64,000 nt of DNA from Malacoraja senta (lineage: Eukaryota), in NCBI GenBank assembly GCA_038087875.1, contig CM075988.1:5022001-5086000 (forward strand), given 5' to 3'. Below the pieces are notes generated by a model. It saw only the letters and a program-made list of their open reading frames with translations, was not told the DNA's origin and ran no database searches. A program made the translations under genes and the position numbers. The number at the start of each line of letters is the position of its first letter. Position 1 is the first letter of the stretch. This document shows positions 63,431 through 64,000 of this stretch, piece by piece.

Positions 63431-64000
63431 TGAGCAGCACAGCGGCACAATGGTAGAGTTGCTGCCTTACAGGGCCAGGGACCCTTACTTCGGGTTCTGT
63501 CTGTATGAGGTTTGTATTTTCTCCCTGTGACCACGTGGGTTTTCTGCGGGTGTTCCGGTTTCCTCCCGCACTCCAAAGATGTGCAGGTCTGTAGATTAAT
63601 TGGCGTCTGTAAATTGTCCCTAGCGTGTAGGATAGTGCTAGTGAACGGGGTGATTGTTGGTCGGTGTGGACTTGGTGGGCCGAAAGGCCTGTTTCCACGC
63701 TACGTCTCTGAAACTCTAAAACTAAAACTATGCAAAGAAGGGAGGTGGGCCAATACATTGGAAGATTGAATTCTACAATTTTTAGGTTATAACTGCCACC
63801 CCCCCCCCCTTCTTCCCTCCCCTGTTTTCCCTGTGACCAAGCAGGTGTGCACCCATTTCTTCAACTGTCCCACTCCTCTTTCTCCTGACCCCTGGTCCCT
63901 TCCACCTATATCGTCAGGCTTCACATTTCACTTCTCTTATCGCCTTATCTAGCACCCTTCTGTTTCCTTTTCTGCTCTGGCCTTTCTCCACCCCCTCACT

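Larger units (their letters stand above)
4310..63730. repeat. Dispersed HE1 SINE copies (about 20)
   Basis: Approximate positions: 4310-4610(-), 5612-6092(-), 6309-6612(+), 7181-7452(+), 9050-9332(-), 16040-16284(-), 19460-19645(+), 22251-22483(+), 29374-29685(+), 30108-30430(-), 40323-40628(+), 43098-43350(-), 44261-44553(+), 45420-45690(+), 49197-49503(+), 50522-50790(-), 54618-54931(+), 56687-56972(+), 62588-62943(-), 63433-63730(+). Confidence 0.9.

Overview
This is vertebrate genomic DNA, very likely from an elasmobranch (skate/ray/shark) because HE1-type V-SINEs are dense. Most of the window is transposable-element debris, and there is one 200-N assembly gap at 46874-47073. I found no intact host protein-coding gene. 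Recognisable elements are CR1, L2, Rex1/Babar, RTE and Vingi LINE fragments, about 20 HE1 SINEs, Neptune-type Penelope-like elements and dozens of their terminal-repeat fragments, a structurally complete but decayed DIRS1 tyrosine-recombinase retrotransposon, an ISL2EU-like DNA transposon derivative, and PIF/Harbinger-like and hAT-like MITEs. Four observations stand out. (1) Three copies of a ~140-bp non-autonomous element begin exactly at G1 of a minimal 54-nt HDV-like ribozyme fold and are flanked by 8-bp TSDs; two of them end in a (GAA)n tail like the Vingi fragment in this window. (2) Minimal hammerhead ribozyme motifs occur in the very abundant, often head-to-head, Penelope repeats. (3) A CpG-rich non-autonomous family pairs one head with either L2-type or Rex1-type tails. 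(4) Scattered + strand pseudo-exons with decayed Cys-rich (GCC2/GCC3-like) repeats suggest a large dead gene under the repeats. All calls were made by eye, and coordinates of degraded repeats are approximate.
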